This document shows positions 17,818-27,600 of a stretch of DNA of 64,000 nucleotides, piece after piece (within the stretch, counting starts at the first letter, position 1; each line of letters opens with the position of its first letter). The DNA lies in IMG/VR virus record IMGVR_UViG_3300021085_002380, one strand, 5' to 3'. A program made the position numbers and the translations under genes. The notes under the pieces are model-generated. The model was given only the letters and a program-made list of their open reading frames with translations, did no database searches and was not told the DNA's origin. Source of the DNA: a virus.

Positions 17818-18005
17818 TATATTGATCTTTCAGTTAAATTAATACATAGAGCTTGTTGCCCTGATTTGAAGTAGCCGCCACCTTTACCTACATCATCACT
17901 AAGAGCTTCACGAGCATAAAAGCATTCTGTCATTGTGTCATGTTTTGTCACTAATTCAGCATATGGAATAGTGTCGTAAAAGTATATAAAGACAAGTGCC
18001 CACAT
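17817..18005 (-). CDS. Small hypothetical protein
   Basis: AAGGAG RBS; MWALVFI, two Cys. Confidence 0.55.
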   Translation of the reverse strand: MWALVFIYFYDTIPYAELVTKHDTMTECFYAREALSDDVGKGGGYFKSGQQALCINLTERSI

Positions 18006-18024
18006 TCGTGAACTCCTTTTAATT

Positions 18025-18101
18025 TGGTACTCCCCACAGGACTCGAACCTGTAACCAAAACGTTATGAGCGTTCTGCTCTAACCAATTGAGCTAGAAGAG
18101 T
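18025..18101 (-). tRNA. tRNA with CAT anticodon (Ile2 or elongator Met)
   Basis: AACG-CTCATAA-CGTT anticodon arm, GTTCGAGT T-loop, CCA. Confidence 0.9.
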
Positions 18102-18107
18102 GTTATA

Positions 18108-18192
18108 TGGTACTCGCAACCGGACTCGAACCGGTACGCCCTAAGGCAAAAGATTTTAAGTCTTCATTGTCTACCAATTCCAACATGCGAGC
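18108..18192 (-). tRNA. tRNA-Leu(TAA)
   Basis: CTTAAAA loop, long variable arm, CCA. Confidence 0.93.
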
Positions 18193-18194
18193 AA

Positions 18195-18272
18195 TGGTGA
18201 TCTCTGTAGGACTCGAACCTACGACCTAGTGCTTAGAAGGCACTTGCTCTAATCCAGCTGAGCTAAGAGACC
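18195..18272 (-). tRNA. tRNA-Arg(TCT)
   Basis: CTTCTAA loop, GTTCGAGT T-loop, CCA. Confidence 0.93.
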
Positions 18273-18274
18273 TA

Positions 18275-18745
18275 TCACTTTGTTACATCAATAAATTGTA
18301 GCTCGTATGTTCTACCATTTTGCCTAAAGGTAACAACTGAATAGTCATAAACCTTTCGTGTGGTATCGCGGTATCGCGTTACTGTATCACACTTTCGTTC
18401 CAGGCGATAACCGGTGATAACGCGCTTGCTACCATTTTGCGCTTCGTTTGCGCCAATGATACCGCCCAGGACAGCGCCAGCGGCTGCACCTCCGTCATCA
18501 CCGGTTAGGCCTTTGCCAAGAATTCCTCCGAGGATCATTCCACCTAAAGCGCCAGCACCAGCGTCGCCGCCTTGCTGTCTGCCGTAAATTGGAGTCTCTA
18601 CATCGTAGCATTCTTTGGCCTTATACGGTTTAGAAATAACTTGATTAGCGTAATAGTCTTGTACACCAACCATTTTTGGTTTTGCATCTGCGGCTGCAGT
18701 AGTTGCGGCCAACAATAAGCTTGCTGTAATAATAAACTTAGACAT
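18275..18745 (-). CDS. Secreted glycine-zipper protein
   Basis: Signal peptide; GALGGMILGGILG...AAAGAVLGGIIG. Confidence 0.8.
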   Translation of the reverse strand: MSKFIITASLLLAATTAAADAKPKMVGVQDYYANQVISKPYKAKECYDVETPIYGRQQGGDAGAGALGGMILGGILGKGLTGDDGGAAAGAVLGGIIGANEAQNGSKRVITGYRLERKCDTVTRYRDTTRKVYDYSVVTFRQNGRTYELQFIDVTK

Positions 18746-18849
18746 TGTGTTATCCTTTATGGTTGTCTATTGCGTTCTGAAAGATTTTGTAGGGTAAAAA
18801 ACAAACCCAGCCGTATACACACCAAAAAACAATGTTAGGGAGAATTATT

Positions 18850-19086
18850 TCAATCAACATATTCACTACTAAAATCCCATTCATCAAACGGTTCTGACGA
18901 ACCATCACACTCAAAGCTGATATCTATATCTGAATTGTATTCAGACAGATATTTATTCATCGCGATCTGGCGAGACATGTCTTTAACCTCTTCACGCTCT
19001 TGTTCATCAAAGTTATCATAAAACCAATCAACAACTTTAAATTCTTTGAATTCTTCTAGATCTAAATCTTTACTAAATTTAAACAT
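18850..19086 (-). CDS. Acidic hypothetical early protein
   Basis: Coupled ORF. Confidence 0.55.
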   Translation of the reverse strand: MFKFSKDLDLEEFKEFKVVDWFYDNFDEQEREEVKDMSRQIAMNKYLSEYNSDIDISFECDGSSEPFDEWDFSSEYVD

Positions 19087-19310
19087 TATTTCATAACCTT
19101 TTTAGCATATTTGATAGTCATCAATTGTGCGTCGTTTAAACCTTTAGTTGATGCAGTTTCTGCAAGATGCTCTCCTACATCTGAAAACGCATTCAAGATT
19201 GCCAAAGGTACATTCATATTTTCGCCACTCTCAGAAAACCACATCATCTTACGGCCAAAGTTAGCAACCGTACGCTGTTGAGCAGTTTGTTCAAAAAATG
19301 TAATGTTCAT
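19086..19310 (-). CDS. Hypothetical early protein
   Basis: AAGGAATC RBS after early promoter. Confidence 0.65.
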   Translation of the reverse strand: MNITFFEQTAQQRTVANFGRKMMWFSESGENMNVPLAILNAFSDVGEHLAETASTKGLNDAQLMTIKYAKKVMK

Positions 19311-19340
19311 GGTGATTCCTTTTTTCCATTTGATATATAC

Positions 19341-19369
19341 AATCTATCTGATTCTCTCGAGAATGTCAA
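19341..19369 (-). promoter_or_regulatory. Sigma70-type early promoter with GANTC in spacer
   Basis: TTGACA-17-TAGATT; GAATC ends 3 nt before -10. Confidence 0.8.
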
Positions 19370-19742
19370 CAAATTTTTTCACAAAAACTAAACTTTTTTC
19401 TCTTGCTTCTTTTTCCCACCAACGATCTTCGTATATTGGCTTTTCGCTATCAAGTAGTTTACCAAGGTCTTCTTTCATATATTGTTTTATATGTACGATT
19501 TCATGAGCGATAGTGGTATATATTTCAGTAAGTGTACGATCTTTTATTGCAGCAATTACCATATAGTTTTTTTCATCAAGATCTATGCATAGGCCTGTTC
19601 TCCTGGCAGCTCCTGCCATGTCAGCTAAATATGCAGTTCCAACGACCTCAATACTATCAGGCTTTATGTCAAGCTCCGCGCAACATAGGTTAACAAAGTC
19701 TATTGTTAAAGCCTCTTCTAAATTTTCTACTTTAATATTCAT
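19344..19742 (-). CDS. Putative zincin metallopeptidase
   Basis: TIAHEIVHIKQY ... WWEKEA. Confidence 0.7.
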   Translation of the reverse strand: MNIKVENLEEALTIDFVNLCCAELDIKPDSIEVVGTAYLADMAGAARRTGLCIDLDEKNYMVIAAIKDRTLTEIYTTIAHEIVHIKQYMKEDLGKLLDSEKPIYEDRWWEKEAREKSLVFVKKFVDILERIR

Positions 19743-20214
19743 CTTCCCAAACTTCATCATTTTCCTCAAAGTTCATTTGGATTTCTTCATCGAGGGCAAA
19801 GTGCTCAACAAGATCTTTAGGAATTGAGTCCAACGATCTAATATCATTTGAGTCATATTCGTAATACTCATTTTTACCATTAGTAAACATACCAATAAAT
19901 TCCATACCTGATTCATAATATCTGAGCTCAGCAATACAATCTGGGTTAGTTTCCAAGAAGGTTTGAAACGCTTCTACAGGAGGACTCCACGCACTGTCCA
20001 CAGTACCTGAAATTACGGCAATATCTTTTTCTTCTTCTATAGATAAGTTTTCAGGATCTACATCCCATTTAGTACCCCAACTTTCGATGGCATCTTTATT
20101 CGATGGTGACATAACACACAAAAGACCACCTGCATCCATGATTTCATTATATAAGTTATTAACCTTTTCTTTAGGTCCACTAATAAGAACATCGTTCATA
20201 CACCAGTTAGGCAT
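19732..20214 (-). CDS. MPNWC-type (DUF1281-like) hypothetical protein
   Basis: MPNWCMN, WGTKWD, SAWSPP, YYESGMEF. Confidence 0.7.
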   Translation of the reverse strand: MPNWCMNDVLISGPKEKVNNLYNEIMDAGGLLCVMSPSNKDAIESWGTKWDVDPENLSIEEEKDIAVISGTVDSAWSPPVEAFQTFLETNPDCIAELRYYESGMEFIGMFTNGKNEYYEYDSNDIRSLDSIPKDLVEHFALDEEIQMNFEENDEVWEDEY

Positions 20215-20303
20215 TTATTTCTCCTTTAAAAAAAATGTTTCGTACACAGCTGTAACAGCTACCAATGTAATAAAGAAAACACTACATCCAACAAAAGCTC
20301 CCA

Positions 20304-20510
20304 TTACGCAGCCTCCTTATAATATTCATCAAAAGTTCCATGCAGCCGTAGTTTTACGTTACGAATATGGCTACACGCTTTACGCGGTTTCTTTTTGCAC
20401 GAACAACTAAAACCTTCGTCATGCATTTTTACTATACCTTTAGCATATTGCCATTCTGTACCAACAGCCCAATGGCCTTGCGTTTTTACTAACGAAGTAG
20501 AAAATATCAT
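20304..20510 (-). CDS. SWIM-type zinc-finger protein
   Basis: FSCSC-x6-CSHI. Confidence 0.6.
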   Translation of the reverse strand: MIFSTSLVKTQGHWAVGTEWQYAKGIVKMHDEGFSCSCKKKPRKACSHIRNVKLRLHGTFDEYYKEAA

Positions 20511-20680
20511 ACAGCTTGCGCCTCGATAATTTGAGCCATTTCAAGACGCTCAGCGCGATCTTCATAATCTTCAGCAATCATAATAATTTCTTCAAGGAGT
20601 TCCTGCCGAGATTTGCCAAAGTTATCGGCACGGCGAGATAAACTACGAAGACGTTCGGCAATTGTAATAAGTTCAATCAT
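20507..20680 (-). CDS. Small early protein (not in ORF track)
   Basis: GGAAGGA RBS; MIELITIAERLRSLSRR... 57 aa; ATGA overlap with the next gene. Confidence 0.6.
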   Translation of the reverse strand: MIELITIAERLRSLSRRADNFGKSRQELLEEIIMIAEDYEDRAERLEMAQIIEAQAV

Positions 20681-20706
20681 GTACAGTTCCTTCCATTTAT
20701 AGAACT

Positions 20707-20735
20707 ATACTATCTGATTCGCGATATAATGTCAA
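20707..20735 (-). promoter_or_regulatory. Sigma70-type early promoter with GANTC in spacer
   Basis: TTGACA-17-TAGTAT; TGATTCG on +. Confidence 0.8.
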
Positions 20736-20738
20736 TAG

Positions 20739-21149
20739 TTATTTAGATAATTCACTGAAAAATATGTCTGACATAACTGCTTCTAATTCGTATGCTTCTT
20801 TTTCCCACGGTAAAGAATAGTAGTCTCCGTCGTATGGTTTACCGTTCCAACGCGATCGCCTGTTACCTATCCCAGAAACAAGCTCACCGTTTATATATTG
20901 TTTTGCGTGGACAAACTCGTGAAACAGAGTCATGATTACCATTTTCTTATTAAGCTTTGGATTGACAAATAATGTTATACCATCTTCGTCATCGTAGTCG
21001 CAATAGCCGGCACAGTCGTTATCAAATTCTCCACCAAAATCTATTTCTACAGACTCGTCTATTTCAAGGAAGTCTGATGCAAACAGTACAGCCTTATCCA
21101 TAAGATCATCGGATATTTTGTTTGGCTTTCCATAACTAACATAATACAT
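20739..21149 (-). CDS. Putative zincin metallopeptidase
   Basis: TLFHEFVHAKQY ... LPWEKEA. Confidence 0.72.
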   Translation of the reverse strand: MYYVSYGKPNKISDDLMDKAVLFASDFLEIDESVEIDFGGEFDNDCAGYCDYDDEDGITLFVNPKLNKKMVIMTLFHEFVHAKQYINGELVSGIGNRRSRWNGKPYDGDYYSLPWEKEAYELEAVMSDIFFSELSK

Positions 21150-22498
21150 TATGATTCCAACTCGTCAAGATCTGTTGTGAATTGTTTTGCTGGTGTTGTC
21201 TTAGACCAGAACTTAAGATCCTTTTCAGCCTCTTTGATTTCTTTCTCCAATGCCTTTACCATTTCCTGTGTAAGGCTTAGTATATTAATACGGAGACAAC
21301 GGTCAACATCATCGTAGTTACGCTGTGCATCCGTTTCAATGTAAATCTGCTCTGATACATCAGCTTTCTTTTTGTCTTTAAACTCAATACGATTATCAAG
21401 TACTGCTTGAATGAATTGCATTTTAACATTCAGCCAACGCATTTCCTCTTCAGCTTCTTTCTTGCGCAAATCAATACGCTGCTGAAGAACACCCATACGG
21501 AATTCGCAAAAGTCTTTAATAAGATGACGTTCGTCTTTATATTCGCGCAGCTTTCCGTCAAATCCAATTACTGTTAAGTTTTCAGTTAATGGCTTTGATA
21601 GTTTAAATTTTGAAATAACTTTTGCGTTAGTCCATGTTGATGAAGTGTTTTGTTTTAGTTTAACTTCAAATTTAAAACCGGATTTATCGCAAAGATCTTC
21701 GTAGGAAACGATATCTCCGTCTTCTTCTAGCTTGTCGAGTACTTTAACATAGCCTTCTCTGTCAAAGCCATACGGTACTTCAGTTATTTCTAATACTGTT
21801 TTACTCTTCTTTTCAAAACAACCAAGAACTGTGTATTTATCCTCAGTTTTGTCATAGTTTACGGTACCTTTGAAGTCCGGAAAGGACACTGGAAGCCTTT
21901 TCGATATATTACCATACGTCACATATTCGCGACAGGCACGAGAAAGTGCGTCAGCGCTTCGAGGTAGTATGTTTGTAGCAAAACCAGTTGCAATACCTTT
22001 AGTTCCATTGGTCAACACGAGTGGAATAACTGGAATATAAAACGCAGGTGGCTCGTGTTCAGGATCGCTGTGCTGTGGAGCTAGATCTAAATCACGGATA
22101 TACTTTTTGAAATTTTGATGTAAACGAGTGTAAACATATCGAGCTGCACCGGGCTCTTGAACTAACCGAGTACCAAACGATCCTCGACCTTCAACTAAGC
22201 AAACGTTATTGTTCCACTCTGCGGCCATAAGTTGACCTGCGCCAGCTGCGCTTGCCTCGCCGTGGTTATAACCATAATCTGATATAATACCAGCAACCGC
22301 TGATACCTTTTTGAAATCGTTTTTAGAATTTAGGATTGATGAATATAAGTAAAAGCGCTGAACTGGTTTCAATCCGTCAATCATATTTGGAATTGCTCGT
22401 GATTCAACCGTGTACATCGCAAACGATAACCATTCGTTCCTGGCAACTTTTGATATTGGATATTCATTAGCTTCAGTTGTGAAATCTAAAAGGCTCAT
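21149..22498 (-). CDS. 52: DNA topoisomerase II medium subunit (gp52)
   Basis: RAIPNMIDGLKPVQR, YNHGE, AARY active site, GIATGFATNI. Confidence 0.95.
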   Translation of the reverse strand: MSLLDFTTEANEYPISKVARNEWLSFAMYTVESRAIPNMIDGLKPVQRFYLYSSILNSKNDFKKVSAVAGIISDYGYNHGEASAAGAGQLMAAEWNNNVCLVEGRGSFGTRLVQEPGAARYVYTRLHQNFKKYIRDLDLAPQHSDPEHEPPAFYIPVIPLVLTNGTKGIATGFATNILPRSADALSRACREYVTYGNISKRLPVSFPDFKGTVNYDKTEDKYTVLGCFEKKSKTVLEITEVPYGFDREGYVKVLDKLEEDGDIVSYEDLCDKSGFKFEVKLKQNTSSTWTNAKVISKFKLSKPLTENLTVIGFDGKLREYKDERHLIKDFCEFRMGVLQQRIDLRKKEAEEEMRWLNVKMQFIQAVLDNRIEFKDKKKADVSEQIYIETDAQRNYDDVDRCLRINILSLTQEMVKALEKEIKEAEKDLKFWSKTTPAKQFTTDLDELES

Positions 22499-22666
22499 TT
22501 AAAATACGTCCCGTCTGTGTAGTGTGTACCGCTGTTTTGAGTTGCCCACCATAGGCAGTTTAATCTATTATATCTAGAGTACCAAGCACCTTTATTAGTT
22601 ACTCCCATTTCAGCTCCTCTGATTCTCAATTCACGATACCACAATATTAAATTAATGATTCTATCC

Positions 22667-22695
22667 ATTCTACAATATTAATCTCCATATGTCAA
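22667..22695 (-). promoter_or_regulatory. Sigma70-type promoter upstream of gp52
   Basis: TTGACA-17-TAGAAT. Confidence 0.65.
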
Positions 22696-22830
22696 CCGAT
22701 AATTGCAATACACTTTCCATCCTTCCCACAAGCTATATGATATAACTGGGCCGATGTATGGAAAGAATAAAAAATTTAGTATTAACCACGCACAAAAGAT
22801 TGCAGCTAACATATCATACCATTGTATCAT
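22678..22830 (-). CDS. Small membrane protein (not in ORF track)
   Basis: MIQWYDMLAAIFCAWLILNFLFFPYIG...; ATGA overlap with the gp39 stop. Confidence 0.5.
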   Translation of the reverse strand: MIQWYDMLAAIFCAWLILNFLFFPYIGPVISYSLWEGWKVYCNYRLTYGD

Positions 22831-24656
22831 GCGAACATATACTCCTTACGTAATGCTGAGTCTTTACCAAACATCATTTGAAAAATACTTGCATCATCAA
22901 CTGTAACAGTATCATATTGCGGATCGTTAATAATACTATCATATTCGTTTTCAGTTAATGAACCGAGACCCTTGATGTAACGGTGTTTCCAATTTGGATT
23001 TTTTTGTTTATGATCGTTTGCACTATCGTAATCATAAAACCAAGTAACCTTATCTTTAAATGTTGAAATCATCATAGGTGTACGAGTAATCTTTACGCGT
23101 TTTTCAGTCAATAGCCGTGGCCAGAATTTGAAAAAGAATGCAATCAGCAATGGACTAATATGGCCAATACCATCATGGTCAGCATCAGTTAGAGTTGCAA
23201 TGCTTTCATATGTCATATTGTCAACACTATTAGGATTAGTAATATCAAGTCCTAAAACCGCAACGAGCTCAGAGAGTTCTTTGTTCTTCAATACATCAGC
23301 AGGTTTCATATCCCATGTATTCATAATAACACCACGAAGCGGGTATGCCCCAACCTTATTAGCATCGCGAACCTTAAGTAAGAAACCCATAGCTGAGTCA
23401 CCCTCAACAATCTTCAAAGTTGCGTTTGGTTTGTTGGCAGCAATATGTTTTGCAACCTTAACGCGGCGTAGGCCTTTCTGAGCAAGCGTAGCGGCACGTT
23501 TATCAGCTGCAATCTTTCTCGCAAGTTGCGCTTCGATGATAGGATCAATAAGCTCAGGAGTATTTAAAATTTTGCGAGCAAAGAAAACAGCTTCTTTAAT
23601 TCCTGCGGCTAATGCGTGTTCTTTAACGTTTCCAGTTGGGTTTGTTAAACGCTCTTTAGTTTGGCTGTCAAATTTTGGATTAGTAAAATTGCGAGCAAAC
23701 ATAATAAACGTAAGATTACCTTTACAATGATTACGATTGATTTCAATCTTGTGTTTACGTTTAATCATAACGCACAATTCTTCAACAATGCTATTCATTA
23801 CAAAATCAACATATGTTCCACCTTGGCGTGTATTAACACCGTTCACAAAACTGTTTGAACGAAACCCGTCTGACGAGTGAGCAATAAAGAACGACAAGTT
23901 ATCAGATTTTTCTATAATTGCTGGCTGGTCGCCTACAAACATTTTAGAATACTTTTTAAGATCGTTAACTTTAATACGTTTCTTATTGAATGAAAATGTA
24001 ATTTCAGGAAATGCCATTTGCAAACTGATAAGACGATCTTCAACTAAAGAAATCGTATCGTATTCGTTTAGGCTATTACATTCAAACAGATCAAAGTCAG
24101 GAACAAATGAAACTTCAGTTCCGTTGCCTGCTTTGTTCATTACGGATTCTTTAATTGTTTCAGCGCCGTTAGTACAAGTAACAACTTGGCATTTGCCACC
24201 GTTCCATGTTTTGCCTGTAAATTTTGAAGACAAGAAGTTAGTCGCCGCAGATCCTACGCCGTTCGTTCCGATAGTTACTCGCTCATCATCAAAGGATGTA
24301 CCTGCATTAACACGGGTCCACGCCGCGGTTGCTTGCGCTATCTTACTTCCTGTGGTTTCATCGTAAACCAATTCATGCGGTATACCGCGGCCGTTATCTG
24401 TTACGGTAATTGAGTTGTCCATTTTGATAGACACGTCAATTTTATTTGCATATTTGAAATTCGTGCGAATTGCTTCATCTATTGAATTATCTAATATTTC
24501 ATCAATCATTTTTGATAAAGCTGGAACGTATTCAACTCTATCCCATTTGCCCATCATAAAACGCTCAATAGGTTCACGGGCGCTTGATCCCATGTACATA
24601 CCAATGCGTTCACGAACGTGTTGACGAGCTGTTAAGATTTTAAATTGTTCAGACAT
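22827..24656 (-). CDS. 39: DNA topoisomerase II large subunit (gp39+gp60 fused)
   Basis: EILDNSIDE, DNGRGIP, GTNGVGS, EGDSA, PLRG, TDADHDG, YIKGLGS. Confidence 0.95.
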   Translation of the reverse strand: MSEQFKILTARQHVRERIGMYMGSSAREPIERFMMGKWDRVEYVPALSKMIDEILDNSIDEAIRTNFKYANKIDVSIKMDNSITVTDNGRGIPHELVYDETTGSKIAQATAAWTRVNAGTSFDDERVTIGTNGVGSAATNFLSSKFTGKTWNGGKCQVVTCTNGAETIKESVMNKAGNGTEVSFVPDFDLFECNSLNEYDTISLVEDRLISLQMAFPEITFSFNKKRIKVNDLKKYSKMFVGDQPAIIEKSDNLSFFIAHSSDGFRSNSFVNGVNTRQGGTYVDFVMNSIVEELCVMIKRKHKIEINRNHCKGNLTFIMFARNFTNPKFDSQTKERLTNPTGNVKEHALAAGIKEAVFFARKILNTPELIDPIIEAQLARKIAADKRAATLAQKGLRRVKVAKHIAANKPNATLKIVEGDSAMGFLLKVRDANKVGAYPLRGVIMNTWDMKPADVLKNKELSELVAVLGLDITNPNSVDNMTYESIATLTDADHDGIGHISPLLIAFFFKFWPRLLTEKRVKITRTPMMISTFKDKVTWFYDYDSANDHKQKNPNWKHRYIKGLGSLTENEYDSIINDPQYDTVTVDDASIFQMMFGKDSALRKEYMFA

Positions 24657-24784
24657 ATTGTCTCCATTTTATATATGGTACTCAAAACCAATGAGTACAA
24701 TCATCGCACGGATCATCCCATTTATGCGGAATGTCGTCGTTGTCCATACGGATCCTTGTTTCTGTTTCCGGTTACTCTATTTAT

Positions 24785-24824
24785 TATAAATATCTATACT
24801 AACTGATTCGGGACAGAATGTAAA
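24785..24824. promoter_or_regulatory. Adjacent early (-) and late (+) promoters
   Basis: Minus TTTACA-17-TAGTAT with GAATC (24796-24824); plus TATAAATA at 24785-24792 before gp3. Confidence 0.7.
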
Positions 24825-24831
24825 TAGGAAA

Positions 24832-25323
24832 ATGAACATGCAGACAAATTATTTGAATCCAACATCCTTTTTGGTGTCTATTGAAAGAATACCAAATGTA
24901 GTGTTTACAACACAGCGGGCTATCTTGCCTTCAGTTTCGATGTCTGCAGTTACTACGCCTAACCCGTTGAAAAATATTTATCAAGTTCCTGACCATCTTG
25001 AGTATGCTGAACTTGACTTGAGTTTTGTCCTTAACGAAAATCTTGATAATTATATAGAAATTTTAAATTGGATGGAAGGTCTTGCAACTCCTGAAAGTTT
25101 GTCGCAATTTGATCGTTTAAAGAACACAAGGGATGGCTTAAAGTCAGATATCGTCATTATAGTAACAAACAGCCACAAGAACCCAAATATAGAGTTTAGG
25201 TTTAAAGACGCGTTCCCACTTACAATTTCTCCAATCAGTTTAGATATTACACCTGGCGATGTCGTAAATCCTGAAGTAACCGTCACATTCCGTCATAACG
25301 GTTTCACAATCACTCAATTATAA
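24832..25323 (+). CDS. 3: Tail tube terminator / tail completion protein (gp3-like)
   Basis: NYLNPTSF..IERIPNV, F.DAFP; gp3-uvsY-uvsW synteny. Confidence 0.75.
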   Translation: MNMQTNYLNPTSFLVSIERIPNVVFTTQRAILPSVSMSAVTTPNPLKNIYQVPDHLEYAELDLSFVLNENLDNYIEILNWMEGLATPESLSQFDRLKNTRDGLKSDIVIIVTNSHKNPNIEFRFKDAFPLTISPISLDITPGDVVNPEVTVTFRHNGFTITQL

Positions 25324-25326
25324 TTG

Positions 25327-25355
25327 TTGACATTCCACTGATTCTAGTGTAGAAT
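25327..25355 (+). promoter_or_regulatory. Sigma70-type promoter for uvsY-uvsW
   Basis: TTGACA-17-TAGAAT with GATTC in spacer. Confidence 0.7.
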
Positions 25356-25381
25356 AGCAGTATAAGCTAGAGGAGTATAGT

Positions 25382-25819
25382 ATGAGCACTGATGATATCA
25401 GCGAGCTGTGGTCAAAAGATTCTAAAATCGATGAAACAAACCTTATGGGTGAATCAAAGCGAATTCCTGAATTACATAGTAAGTATTACAATTTATATTA
25501 TAAGGAAGCGCTAAAAGTAAAAAAGCTTCGGTATGATTATAAAGAACTTGAGATGGCAAAACGTGAATGGATTGATGGATCCATGGCAGAAGAAGATTTG
25601 CACGAACGGGGTTGGCGACCTTTTCAGAAAAAAGTTATTCGCCAAGATATGGATAAATATATACAGAGCGATAAAGACATTATCAACTTAAGTCTTAAAA
25701 TAGATTATCATTCGGTACGTGCAAACTATCTCGAAGATATCGTTAAGACAATACATAGTCGCAATTTCATTATCAAAAATATAATTGATATTATGAAATT
25801 CCAAGCTGGAGAATACTAA
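25382..25819 (+). CDS. uvsY: Recombination mediator UvsY
   Basis: IPELHSKY, R.F.IKNIID..KFQAG; synteny. Confidence 0.88.
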   Translation: MSTDDISELWSKDSKIDETNLMGESKRIPELHSKYYNLYYKEALKVKKLRYDYKELEMAKREWIDGSMAEEDLHERGWRPFQKKVIRQDMDKYIQSDKDIINLSLKIDYHSVRANYLEDIVKTIHSRNFIIKNIIDIMKFQAGEY

Positions 25820-26100
25820 TGAAATCAGTAGCTGAACAAGCAATTCAAGCATCGATGTATGGTCATTCTGTAACGTATCCTAACAGTGAAAACATTAAGC
25901 CGCCATTAGAAAAAGAACGTATTCGCGTCGTTGAAGCGGCAACTCGAGCTGAAATTGCTAGCTATCGAGTTAAGGAAATCGAAGAGCGGATAGAAGAGAT
26001 AAATATACTCAGACAGCAAGCTGCTGTTCGTTATGCACCAAATGGAGATAAAGTTCCTGTTGCATATACACAAGGTGAATTTGTAGATATTGAAGTATAG
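25819..26100 (+). CDS. Hypothetical protein
   Basis: Coupled ORF. Confidence 0.55.
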   Translation: MKSVAEQAIQASMYGHSVTYPNSENIKPPLEKERIRVVEAATRAEIASYRVKEIEERIEEINILRQQAAVRYAPNGDKVPVAYTQGEFVDIEV

Positions 26101-26106
26101 GATTAT

Positions 26107-27600
26107 ATGACTGACGTTGTAAATGTTGAACAGATTAATGCTGTTTATTTGAAAGTAACCGCAGATCCTGGAACTCGTCAAGAGATTCAGCAATTCTTTT
26201 CATTTAGACCAAATAATTATCAATTTACTCCTGCATACAAAAATCGTATGTGGGATGGTTGGATACGTCTGTATCAGCCAATGCGTCCAACTCTTTACGT
26301 AGGTTTAATGAAACACTTAGTTAAATTTTGCGAAGATAGAGGTTATGAAATTAATGCTGACGAAGATCTGATACACGGCGATGATATTCCTGATGATTAC
26401 GGTTATCAAATTGCAAGAGATGTAAATTGTAAGTTCGAGCCTCGAGATTATCAGAACGATTATGTTGTTAGTGCATTGAGAGACCGTAGATCATTATCAT
26501 TATCTCCAACTTCATCAGGTAAATCTTTAATCATTTATCTTATGCAACAACATTATTACGAAACATATGGTCATAGAACTTTAATTATTGTGCCTACAAT
26601 TGGTCTTGTTCATCAGATGGCTGGCGACTTCGAAGACTATGGTTGTGATCCTAGTTTGATATATAAAATCCAAGGTGGTGTTGATAAGAATACTTCGGCA
26701 CCTATTGTCATAAGTACTTGGCAATCATTGATTAAACAACCAAAAGATTGGTTCTCTCAATTCAAAGTAGCATTAGGAGATGAGGCTCATTTGTTTCAAG
26801 CTAAGTCTTTGCAGAAAATCATGGAAGGTTTAGACGAGTGCTATTACCGTCATGGATTTACAGGTACTCTAAAAACTGAGGAAAGTAAAACGCACCAACT
26901 TGTTCTTGAAGGTTGCTTTGGGCCAGTACGTCGCTTTGTTAATACTAAGGATTTAATTGAAAGCGGGACAGTTGCAGATTTCAACATCAAAGCAATTGTT
27001 CTTTCTCATAATAACGAAACTCGTAAAAAGTTTAAAGACGCTTTCAAACAAGTTAAAGAAACTCAGAAAAAATACCCAGCTGAAAGAGAGTTTATTGTTA
27101 ATAACGAAAAGAGAAACATATTCATTCGTAATTTGTTATGGTCTCTTAAAGGTCAAAATAACTTAGTGTTGTTTGATTTAGTTGAAAAACATGGTAAGAT
27201 ATTAGAGCCACTCCTTCGGAGAGACGATCGTCAACTACATTTTATATATGGCGCAACAAAAGGTGAAGAACGCGAGCGTATTCGTCATATGATTGAAAAC
27301 GATCCGATTAAACAACATGACATTCTTGCATCTTATGGTGTATTCAGTACTGGCGTTAATCTTAAGAAATTGGATAACGTAATCTTTGCGTCTGGTTCTA
27401 AATCTGAAATCAAAGTACTTCAATCAATTGGACGGACTCTTCGAAAAGGTAACGATGCTGATAAAGCTACGCTGTATGATATTACTGATGACCTGTCGGT
27501 AGGATCGTTTGAAAACTATACGCTCAAACATTTCCGCAAACGTATTGAGATTTATGGTTCTGAACAATTCCCATATAAGATATATACAGTTAACATCTAA
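26107..27600 (+). CDS. uvsW: SF2 helicase UvsW
   Basis: PRDYQ, SPTSSGKS, GDEAH, GFTGT, QSIGRTLR. Confidence 0.95.
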   Translation: MTDVVNVEQINAVYLKVTADPGTRQEIQQFFSFRPNNYQFTPAYKNRMWDGWIRLYQPMRPTLYVGLMKHLVKFCEDRGYEINADEDLIHGDDIPDDYGYQIARDVNCKFEPRDYQNDYVVSALRDRRSLSLSPTSSGKSLIIYLMQQHYYETYGHRTLIIVPTIGLVHQMAGDFEDYGCDPSLIYKIQGGVDKNTSAPIVISTWQSLIKQPKDWFSQFKVALGDEAHLFQAKSLQKIMEGLDECYYRHGFTGTLKTEESKTHQLVLEGCFGPVRRFVNTKDLIESGTVADFNIKAIVLSHNNETRKKFKDAFKQVKETQKKYPAEREFIVNNEKRNIFIRNLLWSLKGQNNLVLFDLVEKHGKILEPLLRRDDRQLHFIYGATKGEERERIRHMIENDPIKQHDILASYGVFSTGVNLKKLDNVIFASGSKSEIKVLQSIGRTLRKGNDADKATLYDITDDLSVGSFENYTLKHFRKRIEIYGSEQFPYKIYTVNI

